NCBI RefSeq assembly: GCF_006345805.1
Contig: NC_043001.1
Coordinates: 107,694,001 to 107,758,000 of the forward strand
Direction of reading: 5' to 3'
Length of the DNA stretch: 64,000 bases
Source of the DNA: Octopus sinensis
Taxonomy: Eukaryota
Numbering within the stretch: the first letter of the stretch is position 1; every line of letters begins with the position of its first letter. Under the pieces are notes generated by a model. It was not told where the DNA came from. It made no database searches and saw nothing but the letters and a program-made list of their open reading frames with translations. This document shows positions 24,370 through 36,768 of the stretch, one piece after another. The position numbers were made by a program, and so were the translations under genes.

Positions 24370-24760
24370 ACATGGCCCACTCCAAGAGTTATTGTTTACG
24401 GAGACATATCCGGGTGTAGGAGGTTCATCCAGGATTTTTTGAAGGAATTCGTCTAAAGATTTCTTGAACTTTATGGGGTCTGTTTCTGCTTTAATGTGTT
24501 TTGGTGTAATGTTAAGGAGAGCGGGGCCAATTGAGGTGAAATAATTGTGCTGTATTGTTGTTATGAAATGCGAGTATGATTTACGGTGTGGGCGGATAGC
24601 ACGAGGCCCAAGCCTTGGGTGTATCTTAAAAGCGATGCCACCATCATTTGAGCAATGCTGATGGAATATTTTTCACATCATAGAAATGATGTAGCGCGCA
24701 AGGTGGATTTTGAGAGAATAAAGCTTGAGCTTTTCCAGTCGACCTCAATAGTCACGGCCT
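24370..24760 (-). mobile_element. CR1-group LINE 3' ORF2 remnant
   Basis: Minus: DY*GRLEKLKLYSL...RYII...AFKIHPRLGPRAIRP...NYFTSIGPALLNITPKHIKAETDPIKFKKSLDEFLQKILDEPPTPGY. Confidence 0.8.
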
Positions 24761-24802
24761 CTCATGCCATCTCATGCCATGTGTGTGTGGGTGTATATAC
24801 AT

Positions 24803-24829
<27 letters not shown>

Positions 24830-24833
<4 letters not shown>

Positions 24834-24995
24834 AGGCGTGGCTGTGTGGTAACAAGCGTGCTTCCCAGCCACATGGTTCCGGGTTCAGTTCCACTGCATG
24901 GCAGCTTGGGCAAGTGTCTTCTACTATAGCTTCGGTCTGACCAAAGCCTTGTGAGTTGATTTGGTGAACGGAAACTGAAAAGAAGCCCGTTGTAT
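24830..24995 (+). mobile_element. SINE family A 5' half
   Basis: gcgcaggcgtggctgtgtggtaa...ggaaactgaaaagaagcccgt. Confidence 0.9.
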
Positions 24996-25019
24996 ATTTA
25001 TATATATTATATATATCTG

Positions 25020-25125
25020 TGTCGGCCCGAGGCTATGGTAGAAGACACTTGCCAAAGGTGCCACGTAGTGGAACTGAACTCTGAACCATGTGGTTGAGAA
25101 GCAAGCTACCTACCACACAGCCACA
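25020..25125 (-). mobile_element. SINE family A 5' fragment, inverted relative to the previous copy
   Basis: Reverse complement of about 24840-24945. Confidence 0.88.
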
Positions 25126-25679
25126 CAACGATAAATTATCATGATATATTAAATATATTATGATATAGGTGGCTATATCAATTAAGGAACAAAAAGGTAG
25201 AATACATGAAAAAGGGTCCAAAAAATACCTGCTAGAAATAACAGCTAAAAAATTCGTCTGTATACATAGAGAAAGAGGGGGAGAGAGAGAGAGAGAAACA
25301 AAATGGAGGGATCAATTCCTAATTGCATTTTATTTATTTCCCCACATCTTTGATTTCCTGATTTTGTCCGAATCCTTATCTTGCCTGTGTCCCTTCTAAA
25401 TCATGAACAAGCACGAAGCGAGGTTTGTCTTGAAATTCCGAACCTAATCTCACTGGATTGGTTTCTAGAATCATGTACTGAAAACTGCTATCACTGTATA
25501 TACGTTCCTTGCTTTTATTTATTTAATTTGGTACAAACCCTAAAGGGTGTTCTTGACTTCGTATCGCAATGATAATGTCAGTTAATTGGAAATGGTTCTC
25601 TGCGATATTTTACATGTATATCAGAATTATCCTGCGAGCATGGGTGTGTGTGCTCGCACACACGTATATATGTATATGC

Positions 25680-25724
<45 letters not shown>

Positions 25725-25749
25725 CTATATATATAATATATATATATAT

Positions 25750-25780
<31 letters not shown>

Positions 25781-26365
25781 CATTCATACTTATGAATATT
25801 TATATATATATACATATATATATATATATACATATATATGCATATATATATGTATGTATGTATACAGAGAGAGGGGTAGAGAAGCAGAGAAAGGGGGAGG
25901 GAGGGAGAGAGACAAATATATACAGATATATGTATATATAATGTGAAAGAAATACGCGCACCCAACCCTACATATATAAGTATATATGCGTATACATATA
26001 CGCACCATACACACACATGTACACACGCGTATATATATTAGTATGATTTCGTGTGCTTGAGTGTGTACGCGTGCAGTTAAAGGTATAGACATGCAGTGAG
26101 GGAAAAGACAAAGGAAACGAGAAAGAGAAAGAGAGGGAGTGATTCATTGTGAAGAAGAATTTAAGAGTAGCTGGAAGGTAGAGTCAGCGTAGTGCAATAT
26201 ATCGGAGAATGATAGGATTGTCAAGTGAGATGCTGTGTCATCTAGACATTACTCTATCAACAAGATAATCTATCCTTATCTCCAGGGATGGAAGAGATCA
26301 ACCGGATTATTACGTGTGTCTTGAGGTGTAATGCATGTGCTTGCGAGTGCATGTGTACATTTGCA

Positions 26366-26404
<39 letters not shown>

Positions 26405-26507
26405 GTCCGTCCGTAGCTATGTACGGAGTAAGTGTTGCTAATTTATGATAGAAGCTGTGAAAATTTCATAATGAATTTAGTTATAATATCGCCGTCTACA
26501 ATATATC

Positions 26508-26887
26508 GTGGTACTCCGTCGGTTACGACGACGAGGGTTCCAGATGATCCGAACAACGGAAGAGCCTGCTCGTGAAAATAACGTGCAAGTGGCTGAGTAC
26601 TCCACAGACATATGTACCCTTAACGTAGTTCTCGGTAAGATTCAGCGTGACACAGAGTCTGACAAGGCTGGCCCTTTTGAAATATAGGTACAATAGAAGC
26701 AGGAAGAAAGGATGAGAGAAAGTTGTGATGAAAGATTACAGCAGGGTTTGCCACCACCCCTGCCGGAGAATCGTGGAGCTCTATGCGTTTTTGTTCAATA
26801 AACATTCATAATCACCTGTCTGGGAATCGAAACCGCGATTCTACGACCACGGGTCCGCTGCCCTAACCACTGGACCATAGCGCCTCC
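26508..26887 (-). mobile_element. SINE family C, full length
   Basis: Reverse complement of the 27064-27443 type sequence. Confidence 0.92.
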
Positions 26888-27063
26888 ACACACTCATATA
26901 TAAGTATCGTACATAGATAAACGTACGTATATATAAATATATGTATGTTTATTTGCGTGTAAGTATATGTGTATATGCATGTATACGAGTTATATTATTG
27001 CATCGCATACGCATATCAGTATTTTAAGCTACCTGTATACTAATATGCATATATATTGTAGGT

Positions 27064-27443
27064 GGAGGTAGAATGGTCCAGTGGTTAGGGCAGAGGGCCC
27101 GTGGTCGTAGGATCGCGGTTTCGATTCCCAGACTGCGCGTTGTGACTGTTTATTGAAAGAAAACACCTAAAGTTCCACGAGGCTCCAGCAGGAGGTGGTG
27201 GCGAACCCTGCCGCATTATTTTGCCTCACGTTTCTCTCAATCCTTCTTCCTGTTTCTGCTGTACCTGTATTTCAAAGGGCCAGCCTTGTCACACTCTGTG
27301 TCACGCTGAATCTCCCCGAGAACTACATTAAGGGTACACGTGTCTGTGGAGTGCTCAGCCACTTGCACGTTAATTTTACGATCTGGCTGTTCCGTTCAGC
27401 GGATCAACTGGGACCCTCGTCGTCGTAACCGATGGAGTGCCAC
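27064..27443 (+). mobile_element. SINE family C, full length
   Basis: ggaggtagaatggtccagtggttagggcag...gatggagtgccac. Confidence 0.92.
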
Positions 27444-27447
27444 GATG

Positions 27448-27485
<38 letters not shown>

Positions 27486-27944
27486 TATGTGTGTGTGTGT
27501 GTGTGTGTGTCCATGATCGCACGCGAATTTGGCCCGTTTAAAGAGGTCTTTATTTATTGCGCATTTTTTGCAAAGAGCTGAACGACATAGTAAGGATTGA
27601 AAGAACAGAATAGCACCAACAGACACTCCCCTTCCACAAACACACACGGAAACACATATAAAGAAATTGAAAATATAAAATTTATAAATGCATATTTACA
27701 TATTTGGAAAGCATAAATTTGCATACATAAAAATTGCCTCACATTCTCTCTGTTACACACACACACACACAAACACACAATACATACACACACACACGCA
27801 TACACATATGCTTGTGTTTCGTGTGCATCTTCTGTGAACACAGCTTTGTGTTTAATGCGTATAAAGGATCTTCTACACACAGTCTATCATCAAAAGTTGA
27901 TAGACTAACCAGTATGAGAGCACTCTGGAATTTATATATACCGT

Positions 27945-28100
27945 TTGTACAGGTGTGGCTGTGTGGTAAGGACCTTGTTTCCAAACATATCGTTTTGAGT
28001 TCAGTCCCACTGCCTGACATTTTTGGCAAATGTCTCCTATTACAACCTTGGGCCCACCAATGTCTTGTGAGGGGATTTGGTAGACGGAAGCTTAAGTAGT
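27945..28100 (+). mobile_element. SINE family A 5' half (degraded)
   Basis: caggtgtggctgtgtggtaag...gagttcagtcccactgc. Confidence 0.8.
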
Positions 28101-28119
28101 ATATATATTATTTTATTTG

Positions 28120-28483
28120 TTTCAGTTATTGGTCTGCGGCCATACTGGAGCACCGTCTTTGGTCATATAAATCAACCCAAGGACTTATTCTTTGTAAGCA
28201 TAGTAGTTTTTCTATCGGTCACTTTGTTGAACCGCTAATGTACGGGGTCGTTAACACACCAGCATCGGTTGTCAAGCGATGTTGGTGAGGACAAACACAC
28301 ACGCACGCACCCTCCCCATATATATGTATATATACACGACAGGCTTCTTTCAGTTTCCGCCTACCAAATCCACTCACAAGGCTTTGGTCGGCCCGAGGCT
28401 ACAGTAGAAGACAATTGCCCAAGGTGCAACGCAGTGGGACTGAACCCGGAACCATGTGGTTGGTAAGCAAGCTACTTACCACA
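28120..28483 (-). mobile_element. SINE family A
   Basis: Reverse complement of family A, from the head (accacac at about 28478) to tttgtttcagttattgg. Confidence 0.88.
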
Positions 28484-29180
28484 CATATTTCCTATGTTTA
28501 TTTTACTATAATACAACCGTACAATACAACTGAACCCAAGATCATGCAGATGGAAAGCAGGCGTCTTAACCCCTCAGTCACACTTGCACCTCTATACAAG
28601 AATATCTATATTCATATACCTTGAAATTCCATTTAAATCTCAAATCTCTCTTACCTGAATCAAGGGAAGTTGCACTAAACTTTCTTTATACCGAGCCCAT
28701 GCATAGTATAGAAAAATATTTCTATTATTGCAATTTAGCGAAATATTCTCTGTTATTTATTGGGCTAATTTCTGATCGTTAAAAATCTCAGAACGCATTA
28801 TATTATATGTGTATGTATCGGCTACTTTTCTCTTAATTCAAAACACACCAGCTATGAGCATTCCGTTCGATTCACGGTCATTGCGCATCTGATACCTAAA
28901 TGGATCACATTGAATAAAAAGCTAAGCTATAGTTTCGAGAAGACCCTGCGACTGCAATGGCCTCTTTTTAACATGCAGCTTACGAAATATGTACTGCCAT
29001 TCATTTTACATAGAGGATGTATGTTAAATCTCGGTTTCATGTAAGCATTTGCTACACAAACGTGGATTAGTGTCTTGGGAAAGGGGATATGTAAAGTATC
29101 AATGTTTATGCTAATATAGGTATCTTGATTTACATTTCTTTCCCAAGTGACATTCATTCCGTTATAAGCTATTATGTATG

Positions 29181-29211
<31 letters not shown>

Positions 29212-29318
29212 GTATGTATGTATTTGTTTGTATGTCTGTCTGTCTATCTATCTATCTATCTAACTATCTAACTATATATATATGTATATATAAATATATA
29301 TATGTATATATATAAATG

Positions 29319-29362
<44 letters not shown>

Positions 29363-29767
29363 ATATTGCATTATAGTCATCCATACACGCACATATATAC
29401 CTGCATATATATATATATGTGTGCGTGTGTGATTCCTGACTATTTACCAGTGTGTATGTATGCATGCATGCGTCGGATATGTTCGTATGTAAATTACAAA
29501 CAGTTTCCTTTGTATGCGCTTTATTCCCCAGCCATTTGTTATCCTCAAGCAATATCGTTAATGTTTGTATAATCAATATAAAATGTAAATATTTGTATTC
29601 ACAGACATGCAGCTTCAGTTACAGTCGGCCTCTTAATCCCAAGGTTTCTTTATAATTACAACAATAATGTAGTCCATGATGCTTGAAATAAAGACGGGAT
29701 GTCCATAGATGGAACGCCTTTGATTTTAGGTGTACTTGTTCACGGTTGACCTCAAATTATACAAGTA

Positions 29768-29815
29768 CAGTAGAGCTTCGGTTTACGAACTCCTCTAATC
29801 ACGAATAAATCGTGC
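29768..29815 (+). mobile_element. Possible Tigger/pogo-type terminal fragment
   Basis: TA-CAGTAGAGCTTCGGTTTACGAAC resembles a Tigger-type CAGT...CTCGxTTxACGAAC TIR; no partner end found. Confidence 0.35.
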
Positions 29816-29861
29816 TTTATATATATCTATTTCTATATCTATCTATATCTATCTATCTATC

Positions 29862-29948
<87 letters not shown>

Positions 29949-30687
29949 CATGTATATACTTATGTGTGTGTGTATAAATCTATCTATGTATTGTGTGTAT
30001 AAATCTATCTATCTATCTACCTGTATGTATGTATGCTTGTATATACATATTTGTGTGTGTATAAAGCACGATTTATTCGCAATCAGAGTTCTTTGGAAAC
30101 TTCTGTACTACTGTATATCAATGTACTACAGTCAAGTAAAATATGGCTCAATAATCTTCCATCTTCTCCAGTTTTTGTAATCTTTTTGCCAAGACACGAG
30201 GGAGCCTGTCAGAGGTCGTTACTAGGATTAACTAGAAATAGAAACCGAATGGCAGTAGATATAACTCTCACAATAAGGGATAATCAGTGCATGTTGCTTT
30301 TCAAGAAATATTTGTTCGGTCAAATCAAACCAGGTCGAAAATACTGCATGAACAACCAATGCATCAACAGGAACAACTACATTAAGAAGTGTGTCAATGA
30401 GTTATACATGATCCTTCTTTTAGTTACCTGTATTTCTCTCCTCTTTTTTCTCTCTCTCTCTTTATGTATACGTTGGTGTTTGTGTGTATGTGTGTTTATG
30501 TTCAATCATAATAAAAAACAATTTTACATTAATCTGACTGGTTAGTCTATATTTTATAGAGGATAAGTTTACTCTTAAACAGGAATATCGTTGACAGTGT
30601 CTTCGGAGTTTCGGCAAGTTTCTTATTCTTGAAAATACTCAAAGCTCAAGATAAAATATTAAGTATTAATTTCAGTAGTAATAGCAA

Positions 30688-30772
<85 letters not shown>

Positions 30773-31208
30773 GGCGGTAGTATTGATGGGCGCTCTCATC
30801 GTAGACGATGTATCAGTTTCCAGATTTATTGCCGAGGGACTTGCACAAATGGTTTGTTTATAGTGATCAAATTGTTTACAATGATGATATGACTGTGCCG
30901 AATATTCGCTCAATCTCTCCATCAAATAGACGCTGTGTGAACAGGTGCGTGATGTGCTACGTCTCACGCGTCAGTGTTATCGCAATGCCAAAGTGCTGAT
31001 CAAAGAGACTGATCACAACGCAAAAAGATTTGAGACGCTGACGCAATAGTTTTGCCCTGAGAGTATACTGAGAACTCCGCAAGAAATATGAACATCCGTG
31101 CGCAAAAACGTGGTATGACTACATTCCACAGAACTTGGCTGAAAATGAGCGTATATGAGCCATGGACATCATTACACACAGATGTGTGGTGCATAATCGG
31201 CCTAATAT

Positions 31209-31470
31209 CACATCATCGTTTAACGTCCGCTTTCCATGCTAGCATGGGTTGGACGATTTGACTGAGGACTGGTGAACCAGATGGCTGCACCAGGCTCCAA
31301 TCTTGATCTGGCAGAGTTTCTACAGCTGGATGCCCTTCCTAACGCCAACCACTCCGAGAGGGTAGTAGGTGCTTTTACGTGCCACCGGTACGAGGGCCAG
31401 TCAGGCGGTACTGGCAACGGACACGAAAAAATCGTGGTTGTTTTACGTGTCACCTGCACACCGGCATAAG
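31209..31470 (-). mobile_element. RTE-type 3' end fragment
   Basis: Reverse complement ends cgtccaacccatgctagcatggaaagcggacgttaaacgatgatg, an RTE/BovB-like tail with GAT repeats. Confidence 0.75.
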
Positions 31471-31683
31471 TGCCAGTAAAAATATATATATGCATGGTTC
31501 ATCATAGTCATCGCTGTTCCTGCTGATCAAAATGTAGAAATCTTCGGGAGCGAAGAGAAACAGAAACCAAGATTGGACAGCTAGGTATGGGAAATACATC
31601 CAGCAACAGTAAAAATCGTCCCTTCTATTCGCAGGGTACTCGAAACTATTTTAAGAATCTGGATGCAATACCTGAGAGTTTAG

Positions 31684-31901
31684 GCGTACCAGATATATTA
31701 GGGAATGCACAAACGACAGCGATGTTTGAAACAGGCCCCAAAAATGGTGCAGTACCTCTCACCTGCGGGTAGGAGCTGAGGAATAATTTCGTGCGTACCA
31801 GATATATTAGGGAGTGCACAAACGACAGCGATGTTTGAAACAGGTCCCGAGGAAGGTGCAGTACCTGTCAGCTGCGGGTAGGAGCTGAGGCATAATTTCG
31901 T
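31684..31901 (+). repeat. 109-bp tandem duplication at the LINE 3' end
   Basis: gcgtaccagatatattaggg...ataatttcgt at 31684-31792 and 31793-31901 with several substitutions. Confidence 0.95.
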
Positions 31902-31948
31902 AATTATACATAATCCGACCGTAAAAGATCCATGTGTAGGAGAATAGC

Positions 31949-31949
31949 G

Positions 31950-32014
<65 letters not shown>

Positions 32015-32076
32015 AAGAAGAAGAAGAAGAAGAAGAAGAAGAAGAAGAAGAAGAAGAAGAAGAAGAAGAAGAAGAA
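31949..32076 (+). repeat. (TAA)n(GAA)n microsatellite
   Basis: Directly visible. Confidence 0.98.
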
Positions 32077-32782
32077 ATCTGAACTAAATGCACGTAACAA
32101 GGTGTTAGCTATAAATTCCTTAGCAGTTCCAATTGTTACTTATAGCTACAATGTGTTGAACTGGAATATGAGTGAAGTAAAGAATATAGATACGCAAGCT
32201 GCTGAGTTGTAATAGGATGCACCACCCAAAGGCAGACGTAGATCGCCTTTACCTTCCCAGAGCCCAAGGAGGCCGAGGCCTGATCCAATTTGAACTAGCT
32301 TACAAAACAACCACAATTGGACTGGCCAAATATTTCGAAATATCGAATGACTGGATGCTAAAGCTCGTGGAAAATCACGAGAGACGAAAGAAGCTTCATT
32401 CTATCATAAAGGAAAGCAAAAAATTTGCTATTGATCTCGTGCAGGATACCCAACCTGAACAACCCGAGGGAAGTACTAGGAATGATCAAGAAGGGAACCG
32501 AAAATTATATGAGAATGATCCCTGGCTTACCATCCCTGCAAGAAGTGCAAAAGATTGTCTTAACTGGTACATCACACGTATTGAGAAGAGCATTGTCGAT
32601 GTGAGAACTGTTGCTGCTCATGTATTTTAATTAACTTAAAAAAAAAAATGAACGAACTATTGAGGTTGGTTAATGGCCTACCAATGTATACTATGAGTTT
32701 CTTTGCCCTAGGAGTCGGGAAGACACTCGGCAAGAAATGGAAACAAATTTGAAAGAAGAAAAAAAAAGTAATAATAATAATG

Positions 32783-32840
<58 letters not shown>

Positions 32841-32890
32841 TAATAATAATAATAATAAAAATAATGATAATAATAATAATAATAATTATT
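32075..32890 (+). mobile_element. Internally deleted R4/Dong-like RLE LINE (RT thumb region fused to extreme C-terminus, 3'UTR, TAA tail)
   Basis: KSELNARNKVLAINSLAVPIVTYSYNVLNW...LLSCNRMHHPKADVDRLYLPRAQGGRGLIQ...; from about 32480 another frame reads MIKKGTENYMRMIPGLPSLQEVQKIVLTGTSHVLRRALSM*. Confidence 0.88.
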
Positions 32891-32907
32891 ATTATTATTA
32901 TTATCAT

Positions 32908-33328
32908 AGGCGCAGGAGTGGCTGTGTGGTAAGTAGCTTGTTTACCAACCACATGGTTCCGGGTTCAGTCCCACTACGTGGCACCTTGGGCAAGTGTCTT
33001 CTACTATAGCCTCGGGCCGACCAAAGCCTTGTGAGTGGATTTGGTAGACGGAAACTGAAAGAAGCCCGTCGTATATATGTATATATATATATATATATAT
33101 GCGTGTGTGTGTTTGTGTGTCTGTGTTTGTCCCCCTAGCATTGCTTGACAACCGATGCTGGTGTGTTTATGTCCCCGTTACTTAGCGGTTCGGCGAAAGA
33201 GACTGATAGAATAAGTACTGGGCTTACAAAAGAATAAGTCCCGGGGTCGAGTTGCTAGATTAAAGGCGGTGCTCCAGCATGATCGCAGTCAAATGACTGA
33301 AACAAGTAAAAGAGTAAAGAGTAAGAGT
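32908..33328 (+). mobile_element. SINE family A, full length (reference-quality copy)
   Basis: A-box-like tggctgtgtggt, B-box-like gggttcagtccc, central (TA)n(TG)n, (AAGAGT)n tail. Confidence 0.95.
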
Positions 33329-33397
33329 ATAATAATAATATAATAATAATAATAATAGAAGAAGAAGAAGAAGAAGAGAAGAAGAAGAATTTCTACT

Positions 33398-33546
33398 ATA
33401 GGCGCAAGCGTGACATTGTGGTTAGAAGCTTGCTACGGGTTCAGTCTCACTGCGTGGTTTCTTGAGCAAGTGTCTTCAACTATAGCCTTGGGTCAACCAA
33501 ACCTTGTGAGGGAATTTGGTTGACGGAAACTGAAAGAAGCCCGTCG

Positions 33547-33578
<32 letters not shown>

Positions 33579-33805
33579 ATGTGTGAGTGTATTTGTGTCT
33601 GTGTTTCTCCCCCACCCACCGTCGCTTGACAACTGATGTTGGTGTGGTTATGTCCCCGTAACCTAGCGGTTCGGCCAAAGCGAATGATAGAATAAGTACT
33701 AAGCTTACAAAGAATAAGACCTGGGATCGCTTTTTTTTCGACTAAACCATTTTAAAGCGGTGCTCCAGCATGGCCGCAGTCAAATGACTAAAGCAATTAA
33801 AAAGA
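33398..33805 (+). mobile_element. SINE family A, older copy
   Basis: Diverged match to 32908-33328. Confidence 0.88.
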
Positions 33806-34329
33806 ATTAAAAAAAAAAAGAATGTAGGCATTGAATATAAGGGCTGAAATTTGGAGAGAGGGAGTAAGTTAATTAACAATTTTTGTAGGGGACGAGTTTA
33901 GCCTTAAACAGAATTTAACGGAATCCTCGATGGTATGAATTTGATTTGGCTGAGCCGTAATGAAGGAATTCGAACTGCCGTGAGAATAAACAAAATAACG
34001 CTTCGGGCCGTAGATCTTCGAATGACAGTAAGAGAGAGATAACAGAGGAATTGTCACACAGTGCTAGAGGTGGCGTTTATTTATTTGTTTTGTTTGTAGC
34101 CAGAAGCTTTCGTTCTCCTTGCTGTCAGACGAAGAACAAATGAACGTTAGACTACTCTTCACTTTTTATAGAAATTTAACCGACCAAAATTTTCTGTGAA
34201 TGTTCCTATAGAATAATTATTATTATGCTCGTTGCAGACCATTACCATTTCCTTGATTTCCATATTTTAATTTAGCTTTAGACAGCTATATTTAATGTAT
34301 AATATATATATATATATACATACAATATT

Positions 34330-34371
<42 letters not shown>

Positions 34372-34446
34372 CATACAATATTACAATATAATATATATAT
34401 ATATATATATATTATATACATACATACAATATTACATATATATATA

Positions 34447-34489
<43 letters not shown>

Positions 34490-34879
34490 TATATATATAT
34501 ATATAGAGACAAAGAACGTCTATATGTGGCCAGACTCGATTTAGAATATATAATAGCATTATAAACGTGGATAGAATATAATGGTTTATATATAGCTGAG
34601 TAAGGTATACAAAAGAGAGAAACGTAATGAGTGATTGTGTTACGTGTATGTTGTCATTCAGACACATATTAGTCTTTACTCAGCGGACATATGATCAAAA
34701 GCATTAAAAGTTGTGACAACCTTTGTTCAAAAGTAATGTTTCAGGAGATATAATTTCTAGTATATCCTTCCTGCTTTAAGATTCCAAGGTATTTTGGGTG
34801 AATCTAATCGCTGTTATCTCTAACATATGAAGTCACAAAGTAAAAGTTTCATTGCTAATATATATGTGTACATAAGTAA

Positions 34880-35095
34880 GTGAGATGGCAGAATTGTTAG
34901 CAACGCCAGGCAAAATGCTTAGCGGGATTTTCGTGCGTTATTACGTTCTGAGTTCAAATTCCACCGAGATCGACTTTGCTCTTTTTTCCTTTCAGGTCGG
35001 TGAAATAAGTACCAGCCAAGCACTTGTGTCGATGTAATCGATTTACTCCCCTCTCACGAAATTACTGGTTTTATGCCAAAATCTGAAACCAATAT
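34880..35095 (+). mobile_element. SINE family B (degraded)
   Basis: gagatggcagaattgttagcaac...gagttcaaattccaccgagatcgac. Confidence 0.8.
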
Positions 35096-35171
35096 ATCTA
35101 TATTTTCGTGTGTTTGGTTTGTGCCTGCATGTGAGTGTACATATGCATGTGAACGGTATGTGAGTATATGT

Positions 35172-35404
35172 AAGGCGGTGAGCTGGCAGAATCGTTAGCA
35201 CGCCGGGCAAAATGCTTAGCGGTATTTCGTCTGCCGCTTCGTTCTGAGTTCAAATTCCGCCGAGGTCGACTTTGTCTTTCATCCTTTCGGGGTCGATTAA
35301 ATAAGTACCAGCTACGTACTGGGGTCGATATAATCGACTTAATCCATTTGTCTGTCCTTGTTTGTCCCCTCTGTGTTTAGCCCCTTGTAGGTAGTAAAGA
35401 AATA
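35172..35404 (+). mobile_element. SINE family B, full length
   Basis: aaggcggtgagctggcagaatcgttagcacgccgggc...gtaaagaaata. Confidence 0.93.
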
Positions 35405-35867
35405 GGTATGTGAGTATATGTCTGAGCGAGAGTCTGGTGCTGTAATTGTTGTTGTTCAGACCTATAAATGAAACTATTCCAATCGTCACTACCACGCCTT
35501 TTCGTGGTATCCAGGACTAGAATATATTATTTGTCCTTCCTTTATCTAAGAGGATATGGTGTGAATCAGAGATATTTGTTAGCTATGTCTAAAACATTCC
35601 AGATACGTATTGTTTCTCATTTCCAATTAAAGAACTCAAAATACCTCCATGACTGCATTATTTGTAAACATCCAATAAACGTTGGATTTATTGAGGCTGA
35701 GTTCTTTTTTACTAATACGATGAATGCGTGTTCGGAAAACAAGATGTCTAACTTCAATTGGAGCAGTTGGACATTGAGGATAACAGGGAGTTAACACTGC
35801 AAGAGAGAATTCATTTTCAACATGAAGAGACGGACATTTATGTGATATATCTATCTATCTATCTATC

Positions 35868-35910
<43 letters not shown>

Positions 35911-35948
35911 GCCTATTTATCTAGCTATCTATCTATCTGTCTGTCTAT

Positions 35949-36023
<75 letters not shown>

Positions 36024-36153
36024 TATATGTACCTATCTTTCTGTCTATTTATTTATCTATCTGTCGTTTATATGTATCGAAATATCATATTCATAGACAC
36101 AGACACACACACAAAAACACACATATATATATGTATATATATTTATAGACACA

Positions 36154-36188
<35 letters not shown>

Positions 36189-36363
36189 CACACATATATA
36201 TATATATATAAAAGGATAAGATCGTTGAGTATGAATAAATGATGTGGTTTAGAATCAAGCTTGTCTGCTATCTCTAGCATGGTGGTATCAGTCAATCAGT
36301 TAGATATCCTTAATTATATATATAATATATATATATATATGTATAATATCTATATTATATATT

Positions 36364-36396
<33 letters not shown>

Positions 36397-36574
36397 TATA
36401 TATATACACATATATATATATATATATTATGAGCACACTTTCTCAATTTCATGTCATCCTTTTTGATTTATAATATGAACACTTTAATATTCCAAGTCTG
36501 GATTGGACTCAAATAGAACTGCATAATTCACAGATGTGCGTGATGCCCTGAAACTAAATATCGAGCAACAACTA

Positions 36575-36768
36575 TGATTCACCATCGCTTGACAACCGAT
36601 GCTGTTGTGTTTACGTCCCCGTAATGTAGCAGTTCGGCAAAAGAGACCGACAAAATAAGTACTAGGCTTACAAAGAATAAGTCTTGGGGTCGATTTGGTC
36701 GACTGAAGGCGGTGCTCCAGCATGGCCACAGTCAAATGACTGAAACAAGTAAAAGTGTAAAAGAGTAT
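36575..36768 (+). mobile_element. SINE family A 3' half
   Basis: catcgcttgacaaccgatgctg...gactgaaacaagtaaaag. Confidence 0.9.

Larger units (their letters stand above)
30810..31950 (+). mobile_element. R4/NeSL-like RLE non-LTR retrotransposon 3' remnant (CCHC + RLE + 3'UTR), interrupted by an RTE fragment
   Basis: RCVMC...SQC zinc-knuckle remnant (about 30935-30995); AKTWYDYIPQNLAENE...HNRPNI (about 31100-31208); IVIAVPADQNV (about 31500); KNLDAIPESLGVPDILGNAQTTA; followed by (TAA)n tail. Confidence 0.8.

Noticed and set aside
30033-30545. 170-aa ORF
   Set aside because: Starts and ends in microsatellite-derived sequence; the middle has no recognisable domain
32908-32985. SINE heads as genuine tRNA genes
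   Set aside because: A/B-box-like motifs are present but they continue into SINE bodies; no convincing cloverleaf was seen
33990-34145. Additional hammerhead-like motifs
   Set aside because: Core nucleotides and stem I do not match well enough
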